64,000 nucleotides of DNA from Eledone cirrhosa. Taxonomy: Eukaryota. The notes beneath the pieces were generated by a model, which searched no databases, was not told where the DNA came from, and saw only the letters and a program-made list of their open reading frames with translations. Location: contig OZ024742.1 of NCBI GenBank assembly GCA_964016885.1, forward strand, positions 268,956,001 through 269,020,000. The letters are read 5' to 3'. The first letter of the stretch is position 1; every line of letters begins with the position of its first letter. The position numbers were made by a program, and so were the translations under genes. Positions 13,032-28,372 of the stretch are shown one piece after another.

Positions 13032-13872
13032 TAAATCATGTCCTTAGAATTATTAGATAAAATATATACCATTTCCTCTCCCAATTAGAATAATTAACCA
13101 TATAAAAAATCAATTAGACCAAGCTATAAGAAGAAAGGCTCTTATGAAGAAATCTCCGACAAATAACCTAAAGTGGCCTCTTCGCAGTGGCCCCAATAGA
13201 GTATTTATCCAACATTTCGATAGCATGTAGAAACTGACTAAATATACCATCAACCATACACAATTAGGTGTAAAATTAAACTTAGAAGAAATGTGTACAT
13301 ACCGTAATATATCTCTACCATGGTTTCATCCGTATTTTTAGACATCCAATTAATAGGAATGTCTTGAGTTAGGATTCATCAGGAGATAAACTCAAAATCA
13401 GACATTTAGTTTTCCAACGTGCTCGCGCCAAAATTAGATTTAAATATGGCTAAGAATCGCAATGTGGCTGTGGTCAAGCTAGAAAGAATGTGATTGGTTG
13501 CTTACGGCGGGTAGGCTTGTTGCTAGAAAGCGCAGCCAAATATCGCCAAATTGTATCTCTACCTAACGGGAGATTATTAAATATAAAGGTTTACATATAC
13601 ATAAAGTTATAGACATATATGCTGCAACCGGTCACTTTTTGGCTCTATGAAGAATTAATAAATTAAATAATCAGAGCAATATATCATAAATCATGTCCTT
13701 AGAATTATTAGATAAAATATATACCATTTCCTCTCCCAATTAGCATAATTAACCGTATAAAAAATCAATTAGAACAAGCTATAAGAAAGGCTCTTATGAA
13801 GAAATCTCCGACAAATAACCGAAAGTGGCCTCTTCGCGGTGGCCCCAATAGAGTATTTATCCAACATTTCGA
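13028..13872. repeat. ~190-bp direct repeat pair
   Basis: 13028-13220 is nearly identical to 13684-13872. Confidence 0.9.
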
Positions 13873-13911
13873 CATGTATATATATGCATATATGCATATA
13901 TATATATATAT

Positions 13912-14746
13912 AGAAATGTCTAGCCCTCTTAGATAGACGCTTTCCCATAGGCCATAAATACCGCTCCATCTTTAACCGACATAAATTAAAACTAGGATTC
14001 TCCTGCGCTAAGAACATGAAGGCCCACATCACCAACAGCCCTAAGAGCAACACCCCACCAGGGTGCTCTTTCTGTAAGCCCGAAGCTTATCCCCTTCAAT
14101 AGCATTGCAACATACCCGCTGTAGTTTATGAAGCTGTGGTCACTTCGAACCGACCAAATCAACCACAGGAGGTCAAATCCTATGTGGGTATGGCGGAGGG
14201 CCGATTCAAGGAAAGCTTCCTGAACCACCAGTCGACCATTAGGTACCCGGACAGACGTTCATCCACGAAACTCGCGAGCCAGGTATGGTCCCTCAAGGAC
14301 TCAAGTATAGACTACTCCATTCAATGGAAAGCCATCACAAAGTCCAGGCCATACGCAACGGTCAATCCGCTGTGTGTACTATGTATTTTGAACGAATAAA
14401 TATTCTAAAGGGATTACGCAATAGCGATTGCCTAAACTCAATTAATGAATTATTCACACGTTGTCCACACATCTGGAAACGCTTCTTACATAACTACAAT
14501 GCTCCGGATTGAATTACAACAATATCCTAATTTTCTTATCAACTACAAACTTTCGGACTTTCGCAATTATCGCCCTTACACCTCTCGCACGCAATTTAGT
14601 ATTGCCTGAAAGAAGTGACCGTTTCTGCGCATTCGCGTTCGTACGGTTGTATTTCCTTTTGCGTATAACGATGTCCATTACGAGCTGAGGATCCGCTAAG
14701 GTGAAACAATTGTTCTCGGTATGGTGAATTGACTGTTATGGAACCA

Positions 14747-14748
<2 letters not shown>
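13912..14748 (+). mobile_element. PLE lineage A 3' fragment (frameshifted GIY-YIG) with HHR
   Basis: FPIGHKYRSIFNRHKLKLGFSC; VVY..YVGMAEGRFKE..H..CVLC; (TA)n flanks. Confidence 0.85.
14681..14718 (+). ncRNA. Minimal hammerhead ribozyme
   Basis: cgag-CTGAGGA-tccgctaaggt-GAAAC-aatt-GTT-ctcg. Confidence 0.75.
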
Positions 14749-14838
<90 letters not shown>

Positions 14839-14844
14839 TATAGC

Positions 14845-15035
14845 AGAAAATATGACCTCGACGGCAGAGCCCAAGCCGTTTCGATGGCAATTTCTGGACT
14901 AAAGAGACACATTAGTCCAGAAATAGCCGTCGAAACAGCTTGAGCTCTGCCACCGGGGTCATACTTTCTCTTATTACTACCCTAAGTATTGAGTACTCTG
15001 GTGCGTTATGGTCCATCTGGTCCCTTACCACAACT
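14845..15035. mobile_element. Fold-back element, same family as 34430-34628
   Basis: Arms ~14845-14902 and 14912-14969. The tail matches the reverse complement of 34440-34500. Confidence 0.75.
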
Positions 15036-15207
15036 GTTACTTTACTGCTTTCCTCTTTCTCTCTCACCCTTACCTCTTACTTTACTCCATCCCCGCTGCT
15101 TGTTACACACTCTCAGCTGGCCCCTTCCTCACACTTTCACTCACCACTATCTGCTGCTGCTCCTCCTCTCTCACTTATTGCCGTCTGACCAGCGTTAATT
15201 ATTTCCT

Positions 15208-15392
15208 CTGGATTGGCAGTATCGGTAGAGAGTCGGACGCCATGCTTTCCAGCATAGTTACGTCCCTTTACAATCTGAGTTCAAATCCCGCCGAGGTTGA
15301 CTTTGCCTTTCATCCTTACGGGGTCGATAAAATAAAGTACCAGTAATGTACTGGGTAATTGCTGGCCTTGTGCCAAAAGTAGAAACAATTAT
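15208..15392 (+). mobile_element. tRNA-derived SINE
   Basis: A-box-like tggcagtatcggt, B-box GTTCAAATCC, conserved core ggttgactttgcctttcatccttacggggtcgataaaataaagtaccag. Three copies in this window. Confidence 0.85.
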
Positions 15393-15419
15393 TTCCTCTC
15401 CCACTTTTTTCATTGCTCG

Positions 15420-15738
15420 GACATGTCTATTTTCGTCTCGTCATTTGATTTGTCGGACTTAAGCCCAGAAGATTCGTTGACTTGTCTCTCTTTTCCTCTC
15501 TTTACCTTGCGTTACTACCATGTTGTTTGTTCACATAATAGTACCGCTGATGATGTTGCAGATGTGCAACGAAAGAACTTTGTTAGACTACATATATGTG
15601 TTTATATATGTATTTCTGACCGCTGTGCAGTCAATGATAAACATTTAGGACCAAATGAATTAACTGTGGAGATATAAAAGATGCAGAAGCGAAAACCAAC
15701 CAAATAGTGAGTGTGTTGTGTTATTATTTCTGGCAATA
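15420..15738 (+). mobile_element. PLE pLTR copy with hammerhead core
   Basis: CTGATGA-t-gttgca-gatg-tgcaac-GAAA at 15547-15574, with weak stem I. Similar to 1190-1410. Confidence 0.7.
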
Positions 15739-15903
15739 AGGTCGGACGCCATACTTTGACGCATGGAGTTACGGCCCTTGCCATTCTGTGTTCAAATCCC
15801 GCCGAGGTTAACTTTGTCTTTCATCCTTACGGGGTCGATAAAATAAAGTACCAGTAATGCACTGGTTAATTGGTAGCCTTGTGCCAAAAGTAGAAACAAT
15901 TAT
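15739..15903 (+). mobile_element. tRNA-derived SINE (5'-truncated)
   Basis: Same B-box and core as 15208-15392. Confidence 0.85.
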
Positions 15904-16199
15904 TACAACAATATGACCCTACCCGCGTCTGTGTGAGTATGCGAGTTCGTACGTATGTAGGGTGTGTGTATATGTATATTTCGTGTTTTGGTTGACGTGC
16001 GTATCCGAACATTTGTGTATTTACATGTAGGTATTTGTGTGCGCTTGTTATATACGTATTTATTTGTTTATATACGTTTATTTAATTATTTGTATACACT
16101 CACACACACACATATTTATATGTGCGTGTATTTGTATACCTATGGCGAGTGTTTTCGCGTATGCTTGTGTATGTACGTATTTGGATGCGTGTATATATT

Positions 16200-16982
<783 letters not shown>

Positions 16983-17112
16983 AAAGTCTTATTTAAAATT
17001 GTTGGGTTACAAAAAGTAAATATTTTATAACTGATATAAAGCACTCGACAAGTTTTGGAGTAGATATACGATATTAAACAAATGGAAACTATATTTATAA
17101 AACCATATTTAT

Positions 17113-17172
17113 TTCATTATACATATTTCGGGGATACCATATTAAAAATATGGCACGCCTTCTTCAGATAAA
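17113..17172 (-). ncRNA. Hammerhead ribozyme
   Basis: Reverse complement of 17319-17378. Confidence 0.75.
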
Positions 17173-17318
17173 ATACAATATATAAACAGTTTTATAAATA
17201 ATTTTGACGTACCATAAATATTGAGCAACCGTTATGTAGGAAGCCGGCTTCCTACATAACGGTTGCTCAATATTTATGGTACGTCAAAATTATTTATAAA
17301 ACTGTTTATATATTGTAT

Positions 17319-17378
17319 TTTATCTGAAGAAGGCGTGCCATATTTTTAATATGGTATCCCCGAAATATGTATAATGAA
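17319..17378 (+). ncRNA. Hammerhead ribozyme
   Basis: tttat-CTGAAGA-aggcg-tgccatatt-ttt-aatatggta-tcccc-GAAA-tatgta-TA-atgaa. Confidence 0.75.
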
Positions 17379-17421
17379 ATAAATATGGTTTTATAAATAT
17401 AGTTTCCATTTGTTTAATATC

Positions 17422-17496
<75 letters not shown>

Positions 17497-17544
17497 TACA
17501 TATATATACATAACGCCTGAAAATATTTATATATAATACCTGAA

Positions 17545-17985
17545 AACCCTCCTCTTCATTGATGTAGTGGAGTCTGTGCTGCTGTACGGGTCTGAGACTT
17601 GGACACTGACCAAGAAACTTACTCAGATGGTGGATGGGTGCTACACAAGTATGCTGAGGATGGCTCTGAATATTAATCAGTATACACTGAGGATGAAAAA
17701 CACAGAGCTGTATGGGAGCCTCCCAAAAGTCAGCTCAAAAGGGGCACAGAGGAGACTGAGGTTAGCTGGACATGCTCACCGACATCCAGAGTTGACATTG
17801 CACTTAGTGCTCCTGTGGGAGCCCCTACATGTTCACACTCGAAGAGGAAGATCAAAGTTAACGTAAGTGGATGCCCTAAGGACAGACACTGGTCTGTTGG
17901 AGACACAGGACATGGCAGCGATAATGAGGGACAGAGACCGCCGGAGAGAACTCGTCCATGGATCTCGGGAATTTTAAACGCCCTA
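17545..17985 (+). mobile_element. RTE-like LINE 3' fragment
   Basis: VESVLLYGSETWTLT..MLRMALNI..RRLRLAGH..LLWEP..RRGR. Confidence 0.8.
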
Positions 17986-18059
17986 GATATATATATATAT
18001 ATATGTATGTATATATATATACATATATATATATATAAATACATATGCATATATATAAT

Positions 18060-18508
18060 ATATTAACAAATGGAAACTATATTTATAAAACCATATTTAT
18101 TTCATTATACATATTTCAAGGGCCACCAAGCAAATTATGGTGCGCTTTCATCAGATAAAATATAATATAGGTTAGTTCTATAAATTAATATTGACATACC
18201 CTGAAGAAATACAACCATTCTGGTTGGAATCTCCTGGATATTCCAACCAGAATGGTTGCATTTTTTCAGGGTGTATCAATATTTATTTATAAAACTAACC
18301 TATATTATATTTTTTTCTGATGCAAACGTACCATACTTTGCCTTGGTGGCCCTTGAAATATGTATAATGAAATAAATATGGTTTTATAAATATAGTTTCC
18401 ATTCGTTAATATATTGTATATTTACTCCAATAATTTGTTGAGTGCTTTATATCAGTTATAAAAATATTTTGCTTGTTGTATCCCAACAAATTAAATATAA
18501 CCTCTACA
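18060..18508. mobile_element. Older fold-back copy related to 16980-17427, with the tail on the opposite side
   Basis: Arms ~18060-18230 and 18240-18411 with a 9-nt spacer. HHR on - at 18101-18159 (CTGATGA) and on + at 18312-18371 (core CTGATGC). Confidence 0.85.
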
Positions 18509-18515
18509 TATATGC

Positions 18516-18548
<33 letters not shown>

Positions 18549-18552
18549 AGTG

Positions 18553-18598
<46 letters not shown>

Positions 18599-18692
18599 CA
18601 TATATACATATATGTATGCATATATATATGTATGCATCTATATATATATGTATATATATACATATATTTATGCATATATATATATGTATATA

Positions 18693-21600
18693 TCTTATAT
18701 ATAAAGTGAAGTTGGGCGTTGTTTGTTTCATGAAACTTGACACATAGAACACGACGCGTAGATTGAAATTGTGTGTATTAGATGAACGTCGACTTCATGA
18801 AATTTTCGAAAATCGATACTTGGATGTCCAGAGGCAAAAATCGATATTTACGAAATTTGTCCGATTCCAATAAAATTTGACGTAGGAATGTATTTTGATG
18901 CGAGGATCAACGGGAATGTTTGAAATTTAAAAAAAAATAGATAATCGGACTCCCAGAGGCAATAATCCGGCAACCGAAAAGCGCCATTCTTCTTGCTTCC
19001 ATTTGTCGCGACTCCCGCCATGCAAAAAACGTTCAATCTATCAGGATTATCCACCGTAAGTCTCTTTAAATTAACGCTCACAATATTCAGCAAATCTTTT
19101 ATGCCGATTCTTCCATTTCTTATATAAGGACTATCAAGACTATACCGCGGCGCATCATCCTGTATTGAGCCTAATCTTCTCAAGCGATCATCGAGCCTCC
19201 ATGCGCTCTCTTCATTCCCGTGGTCCCACTACCGTAGCATAATGAGGCATCCGTCAACCCCTGCTCTCTCTCTTCTCTGCACGTCGTCGACCCACTGCAT
19301 CGTTTTACATCACCATGATCATCTCTGCCTTGTCAGCCGCAATTCATTCCCCGGCATTTTCCATTGCCTGTACTCCGTGGTCCCTAAGGACTGCCAGGGC
19401 TCAACATGCCGAATCCCTGCCACCGTCCACCCCTGCCCATTTCCATTGCTACACTCCGGGAGAGCTCAAGACTTCCATCCCTGACCAAGACGCATCCCTG
19501 CCACCGTCAATCCCTGCCCTCTCTCTTCCCTTCACGCCGTCGTCCCACTGCATCGTCATGCCTCACCATGCCGCATTACTGCCCTGTCGGCCACCATCCT
19601 CTCCTCAGCCCTTTTTTGCCTGCCCGCCGTGCTCCTTCAAGACTACCATGCCTAACCAAGCCGCATCCTTGCCACCATCAAGTCCTGCCCTCTCCCTTCC
19701 CTGCACGCCGTCGTCTCACTGCATCGTCATGCCTCACCATGCCGCATCCATGTTCTGTCAGCCGCCCTGCCCTCTCCCATACCCGCACGCCTTCGCCCTT
19801 CACGAGTGCCATGGCTCAACATGTGGAATCCCTGCAACTGTCAATCCCGGCGAACTCCCTTCCCTGCACGCCGTCGATCCACTGCATCGTTATGCCTATC
19901 CATGCCGCATCCATGATCTGTCAGCCGCCATCCCCTCCTCAACCTTTTATTTTTCCTGCCCGCCGTGCTCCTTCAAAACTGACATGCCTAACGAATCCGC
20001 ATCTCTGCCACCGTCAACCCCTGCCCTCTCTCTTGCCCGCACGCTTTGGTCCCTCACGACTGCCATCGCTCACCATGCGGCATTCCTGCCCTGTCAGCAA
20101 CTCGCTCAAATGTCATCAGCATGGTTTATTCCTGCGCCGCACATAACCGCCCATTATCTCAGACCAAAGACAACACCGAACATGAAGACGATCCTGTTTA
20201 AGTCTTTATACATTCATTTTTACCATATTTAACAAAATTAAACAAAAATTCATCCCTTTCTTCTCCAAAGCCTACCGATCATGTATGGCCGATAAACATC
20301 CTGTCTTGCACCCGGTTATCTAAAACAATCATCGTGCCTCCCGGTGCTCTCTACATTCCCGAGGTGAGGTGCAACTCAATTGGCATGCCGTATCCACGCC
20401 CTTTCAGCCGCCATGCACCCTGCCCTTTCGTCATGCCCCATCATGTTGCAACCCTGCCCTGTCAGCCGTCATCCACCCGCGACCCTTTCCACTGCCTAAC
20501 CATGTCAGTCTTGAGGCACCAAGTCGCATCCCTGCCGCCGTCAACCCCTGCCGTCTCCGTTCCCTGCACGCCATCGTCCCACTGAATCATCATGCATCAC
20601 CATGCCGCATCAATGCTCTGTCAGCCGCCATCCCCTCCACGGCATTTTCTTTTTCCTGCCCGCAGTGCTTCTTCAAAACTGCCATGGCTCACCCTGCGAC
20701 ATCCTTGCCACCGTCCACCCCTGCCCTCTACCCTGCCTCCTGGCCGTCGTCCCACAGCAACCGTCATGCCTCAGAATGCCGCATCCATGCACTGTCAGCC
20801 ACCATCCCCTCCTTGGCCCTTTCTTTTGGATGACCGCCGTGCTCCTTCAAGACTCCCATGTCTATCTATGCCGCATCAATTCCTTGCCACCCGCTTAAAC
20901 GTCATCAACATGGCTTATTGTTGCCCCATTTGACCACCGATTTTCGCAGGCTAAACACAATACCAACGTGCACGATAGTCCATGGTAAATCTTTTTAATT
21001 ACATGTTCATTATGCTAAGCAAAGGATGAATAGCAACTCTTTCATTTCTCCTGACATGCCTTTCTGTCAATTATGGGCAAGAAGCTTCCTGTGTAGCATC
21101 GCGTCTTCTCAAGCGATCAGCGTGCCTTCCCTGTCCTCACAATTGACTCACAACGCCGCATCTATTCCCTGCGACGCCCCTAAACATCATCAGCATGGCT
21201 TATTTTTCTGCCGCGTTTAACCGGCCCTCATTCTAGGCCATAAACAACAAAACCGCACGATGATGCTGCGTAAGTCTATTTAAATTAATGGACAACATGT
21301 TCAGCAAAACAATTGTGCCTATTCTTACTCTTCACCTCCAAGGCATTATCCATTACATCTTAGACGTCGGGATTCGCAATTTCTACGATTTCAATATTGA
21401 CACAACAGTCCGTTAGGTTTTTCGGCAAATGTTGCTCCGATAGGAATATCAACGTGATTTTCACTTAATTCGTAAGTGTTCAGTCTTCCGTATGGTTTTA
21501 TTTTTTATTGATACAACACCGACTATAATTATCTAACTTCACTTTGTAGGCTAGACGTGAATCACAAGGAAAACAATTCTCTGATATACAACCCCACCAA

Positions 21601-22553
21601 ATGCTTTGGTCTACCAAGATTTCAATGGATATATCCTTTGCTTTTGTACGGTTGTACATTTGACATGTCGCAAAACATGATTCCACTTGATTCTTACCTT
21701 TCAGCTATGAATTGGGCAGTGCCTTAAAATCCCTGTTTATTTGCGGGCAATGTTTTGGTATCTTATGAATGGAGAATCGAAAACCCTTTTTCTTATAACC
21801 TGATACATGCGTTACACATGCTCCATGGATGTTTGTGGACTATTTCTTTCAAAATACCAATATCACAGATTAGAGCAGAAAAAGAAACGTTTGTTCTTCA
21901 TTTATTTTGGTTAAAGCATCCTGCTGGAATTTAGCGCAGACCCGTTTCAATCCAGCGCCTTATAACCCCGAGTGTAACCGGGTACACCAGCTAGAATGAC
22001 AAATGGAAACATTGTTTCTTCGTTCCGATTTGAAGAATTTCGGTTTAGTTCCACTACAAATTAACAAACCATACTTGAAGTCACGTTGAGGCTGTTGCAA
22101 AGGGCAATAACCCTAGACACAATTTTGATCAACTATTTTTCACCTATAGCAAATTTACCGGGACAGGTTTTTAGCTACTCAAATCTACTTCAGAGGACAC
22201 GCATTCATGTAAAAAATCAATAAAACTGAAACGAGTTTCGACTTTGCGCACAAAACAAGGCAAAGTTGCACATGGGAAAACCTTTTACAGGAACATCCGA
22301 TTTTCTTGAAAACTGTTGCAAAAGACTCGCCATAATGCCGCGGTTCAGATAAGCTCCCTTTTATTTCTTCTTCTGCACATTTGAGCGTCAAAATTGTAAA
22401 AAAAAAAAATCACCTGCGTCTACCAACCTGTCTTTTTTTCCTTGAGCTTCAAAGGTTTTTTTGCACCTGTGATGCGCGGGAAGTAACTTTCACACATTTT
22501 AACAACAGAGCAAAGGTCGACTTACACCCGGGCAACGCCGAGTACTTCTGGTA

Positions 22554-22554
<1 letters not shown>
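18693..22554 (+). mobile_element. Non-autonomous Helitron with two successive 3' ends
   Basis: A|TC 5' start (tcttatatataaagtgaagttg). Hairpin cccg..cggg plus CTAG at 21967-21994. Second end cccgggcaacgccgag..gtag|T at 22527-22554. Confidence 0.65.
19240..21200 (+). repeat. C-rich tandem array of ~80-90-bp subunits (~170-bp dimer) with higher-order blocks
   Basis: ccctgccaccgtcaacccctgccctctc..catgcctcaccatgccgcat recurs (e.g. ~19497, ~19667, ~20003, ~20530, ~20703). Confidence 0.9.
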
Positions 22555-22591
<37 letters not shown>

Positions 22592-23028
22592 AAAAAACAT
22601 GAAATCGAAAATGCAACTTGAGTCTTTTTTTTTAAATATATATTTACTTGGTTCCTTTACCGGTTTCGCAGTTCTTCTGCTTTTCAAAAGTAGAATTGAG
22701 ATGGAGGATTGTGGTTTTTCTCACATCTGGTCGGTCTTTCAATCTTACTTCTGCTTTTATATGGAAAAAAGTGGCTCGAAATGCTAGATTTTTAGAGAAG
22801 TAAATCGGTTTATTGGTGAATAAGTATAATAAATTTCGCGTCAGTTCGCGTTACAAAGTTCTTATTATATTTGCCTTTAAAAAAAACAGAGGGGGGGGGT
22901 CAGATTATTTTTTCATACTTGAGTGAAGTCTGGTTGGTTGAAGCAGTCACGTGAATAGCTTTCGCGCCAGTTTGTCGTTGAACTTCACTTTACTTAAGAA
23001 AGGGTGGCCCATGAAGTCTGTTTTTTAT

Positions 23029-23305
23029 AAATGTAATTTGATTGGTTATAAATAAATTATAACTGCCACGTGAACAAGTACATTAAATTTCGCGCCCTTA
23101 TTTTGGAATTTTTCTGTAGCCATTATAGAGAATTTTGTGCTAAACAAAAGATAATAGTCAAGAAAAAGGGATGGAGAGAGTTGTTCTGAGTATGACTGAT
23201 GTGCTGAAATGTAATTTGATTGCTTATAAATGAAATTATGACTGTCACGTCAACAAGTACATTAAATTTCGCCCCGTATTTGGGAATTTATTTTGAAGCC
23301 TTTTA
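23029..23305. repeat. ~95-bp direct repeat, period ~178 bp
   Basis: aaatgtaatttgattg..aacaagtacattaaatttcgc at ~23030 and ~23207. Confidence 0.8.
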
Positions 23306-24223
23306 GAGAATGTTCTGGATCAGTGAATATGGCTGGTGTGCTGGGGTGTCAGAATTCAGACTTTCTATTGAAATAATGAAAGTAGAGATATGTATGTTTA
23401 TTTGTGTGCTTGTGTGTATGTGTAGGAAGATTATTATATTAGTAGAAATGGGTGAGGGATTTGTGTGTGTGTGTATGGGTGTTATGTGTGTGTGTGTATG
23501 TGTGTGGGAGTATGGTTCGCATGTTAAGATGGAGAGAATATATATATATGTTTTGTGTGTGCGTGTGTAGTAAAATGATTCTATTAGTAGAAATGGGGGA
23601 GGGAGTTGGGTGTGCGTGTGTGTGTGTATGGGTGTTATGTGTGTATGGGTGTTATGTATGCATGAGTGTTATGTGTGTGTGTGTATGGGTGTGTGGGAGT
23701 ATTGTTAGCATGCTAAGATAGGAGAAAATATATATATTTTGTGTGTGTGTTGTTAGCATCTTAAGGTGGTAGTGTATTAACGTATGTTAATGTTTATTTA
23801 TAACATGACAACGTGGCAACATGACCCTCCCAAAGTATAACAATGTTTATTTAGTTCTGGTTTTTATTTTCTAAAGTAGAAGGTGTTAAGTGTGTGTGTA
23901 TGTATGTGTCTGTTTGGATGGTTAGCATGTTATGATGTTGACATAATGTATATTAGACTATATTTAATGCTGGTCTATATTTTTGAATAAACATATTTTC
24001 CTTATTTATTCGTATGTGTTCTATTGTATAGTCAGCGCAGAGATAAAATGGGAAGACTTGGAATTTGGATGTCTTATTTCTTGTTACTTCTGAAGCTAAA
24101 AAAATCAATATGTGAACGCAGAAGTAAATATTTCGAAAAACGTTGCAACCGAAGCAGAAAGGAAGACGATACTTTGGTTCGTGGAGACGTTCCATGGCAA
24201 TATATATATATATATATATATAT

Positions 24224-25800
<1,577 letters not shown>

Positions 25801-25891
25801 GAGTTAAGAGCATCGGAGAGATTAAAGCTAAGAAACTATAGGGATGGGAGCAGGAAACATACATACTTAATACACACGACACTCAGCGTTA

Positions 25892-25937
<46 letters not shown>

Positions 25938-25940
<3 letters not shown>

Positions 25941-26830
25941 CGTTTCTGAATTTGTTTAGCAAGATTCTTTATCTGAAATCGTGTGTTGAAACCGATATTG
26001 TTATACTTTGGGAGGGTCATGTTGCCAATAAGAAACACACGCACCAGTTGCTTTCACTTCAATTTATTATAATAAATATATAATAAATTTATAAATTTAT
26101 AAATTTCTGGTTGGTTGGTTGGTTCCACAACCAGATAGTTGTTTATATATTGTCATAATTCTTTCGTCACACACTATGTGACCTCTTCAGTGACTGGGGA
26201 TTCCTTTCTTTGTTTCTGTGCCTCTCCTTTGTTCTGTCCTACGCCATTTTGTTTCTGTGTGTGTGTTGTGTGCTCAGTCTGCGCATGCCCCACATCCGGG
26301 TGTCAGTGTGTGTTTATGTTCATTTATTTATTTGTTTATTTACATGTTACTGGTTGGTTGTTTGTTCTATGTGTGTGTGTGTTTTCATTTTGTCCTTAAT
26401 TTTAAGTTGTGATGTTGCTGTTCCACTCATATTTTCTATTTAATTTTGGTTGTAATTCTTTTATGTTTATTGCCTCTGTAATTTGTCTAAACATTGCGTC
26501 TTTTCTGTGTGTAGATTCTATTTTTATTTCTATGTTCTCTAATTTACCCTTGTGTTCTATTTTAGCATGATGGTAGAGTACAGATGATTCTTTACTATCT
26601 TGAAGGTCTCGCCAGTGTTCATTTATCCGTTCTCCTACACTACGGGCTGTCTCACCTATGTACACTATATTTTTGTCTCTACATTGTCCTTCAGTACATC
26701 TTATGCTATACACTACATTTCTAGTTTTACAGTTAATATGGGGGCTTATTTTACAGGTTATACATTTCTTATCTATACATGAGGGTCTTTGAAAATGGTA
26801 TGTCTTGCTAATAAGTGTTTTTACGGAGGT
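25938..26830 (-). mobile_element. PLE lineage B 3' end (GIY-YIG, UTR, HHR at 26152-26194)
   Basis: Near-identical to 7880-8780. ORF 26402..26713. gtca-CTGAAGA-g-gtcaca..tgtgac-GAAA-gaat-TA-tgac. Confidence 0.9.
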
Positions 26831-27429
26831 AACAGTTCAGGTGCCTATTAGGACAAATATGTGTGTGTGTGTGTGTATGTGTCTGTGTGTGTGTGTATAG
26901 CAGAGTAATTCGTGGTAGAGGGATCGGTCAGTAGGAATGTGTATGTACGTGTGCGGGTTTTTTTTAACATGTTGAAATATTATTTTTCAGCTCTTGTCTT
27001 CTACGGAGAAGTGTGTGTATATGTCTCTTTGTATGTTAGTGTACGCGTGTGTATGTGTGTGTGTATAAATGTGTGTGTGTATGTGTGTATGTGTGTGTGT
27101 GGGGGGGGGGGGTATTTTTGTGATACTGGTAAAAATGGTGTACATTATTCGATATTTTCAGCAAAAACGATTCTCTCAAGAGAACATCAAAAACATTAAT
27201 AATAAAAGGTGTGAAATGATATATATTATTGTCATAACACCAAGGTGTGTGTGAGTGTCCAGATTGTACGTATTGCAAGGGGAATCCATTAGGCCCTGCC
27301 GTATTGGAATATTGTGTACAAGTATGTATGTGTGTGCAATGCATGTGTGCGTATATATATATGTGTGTGTCGGCACATTTATATCTATAGACATCAAAAG
27401 GTATGCAAATTTGTGTATATAGAACATGT

Positions 27430-28165
<736 letters not shown>

Positions 28166-28345
28166 GGGAGTGAGTTTTATTGTAGCACAATAAAGCGATG
28201 CAAGTATCGGATACGTAACACTCAACAGTTTATTGGACGAAATTAAAAGATGGTTAAAAATGGTCCATGTATTTTGGGGGTTTTAGGAAATGCGCATAAT
28301 AATATATGTGGAAATTTTTCAACCATCTTGTAATTTCTTCTTATA
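28166..28345. mobile_element. Diverged short fold-back of the 9895 family
   Basis: gagtgagttttattgtagcacaataaagc..aagatggttaaaaa..GAAAtgcgcaTA..aaccatctt. Confidence 0.6.
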
Positions 28346-28372
28346 TATTTATATATATATATTTATATTTAT

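Noticed and set aside
13028-13872. LTR pair or TRIM
   Set aside because: No TG..CA ends, primer-binding site or polypurine tract. Kept only as a direct repeat.
15208-15300. tRNA gene
   Set aside because: A/B boxes are present but there is no cloverleaf, and the sequence continues into a SINE body found three times.
19315-20933. Pro/Ser/His/Cys-rich ORFs (305, 246 and 154 aa) as a real gene
   Set aside because: Several frames are open at once because the strand is C-rich and stop-poor, the repeat units shift frame, and no domain is recognisable.
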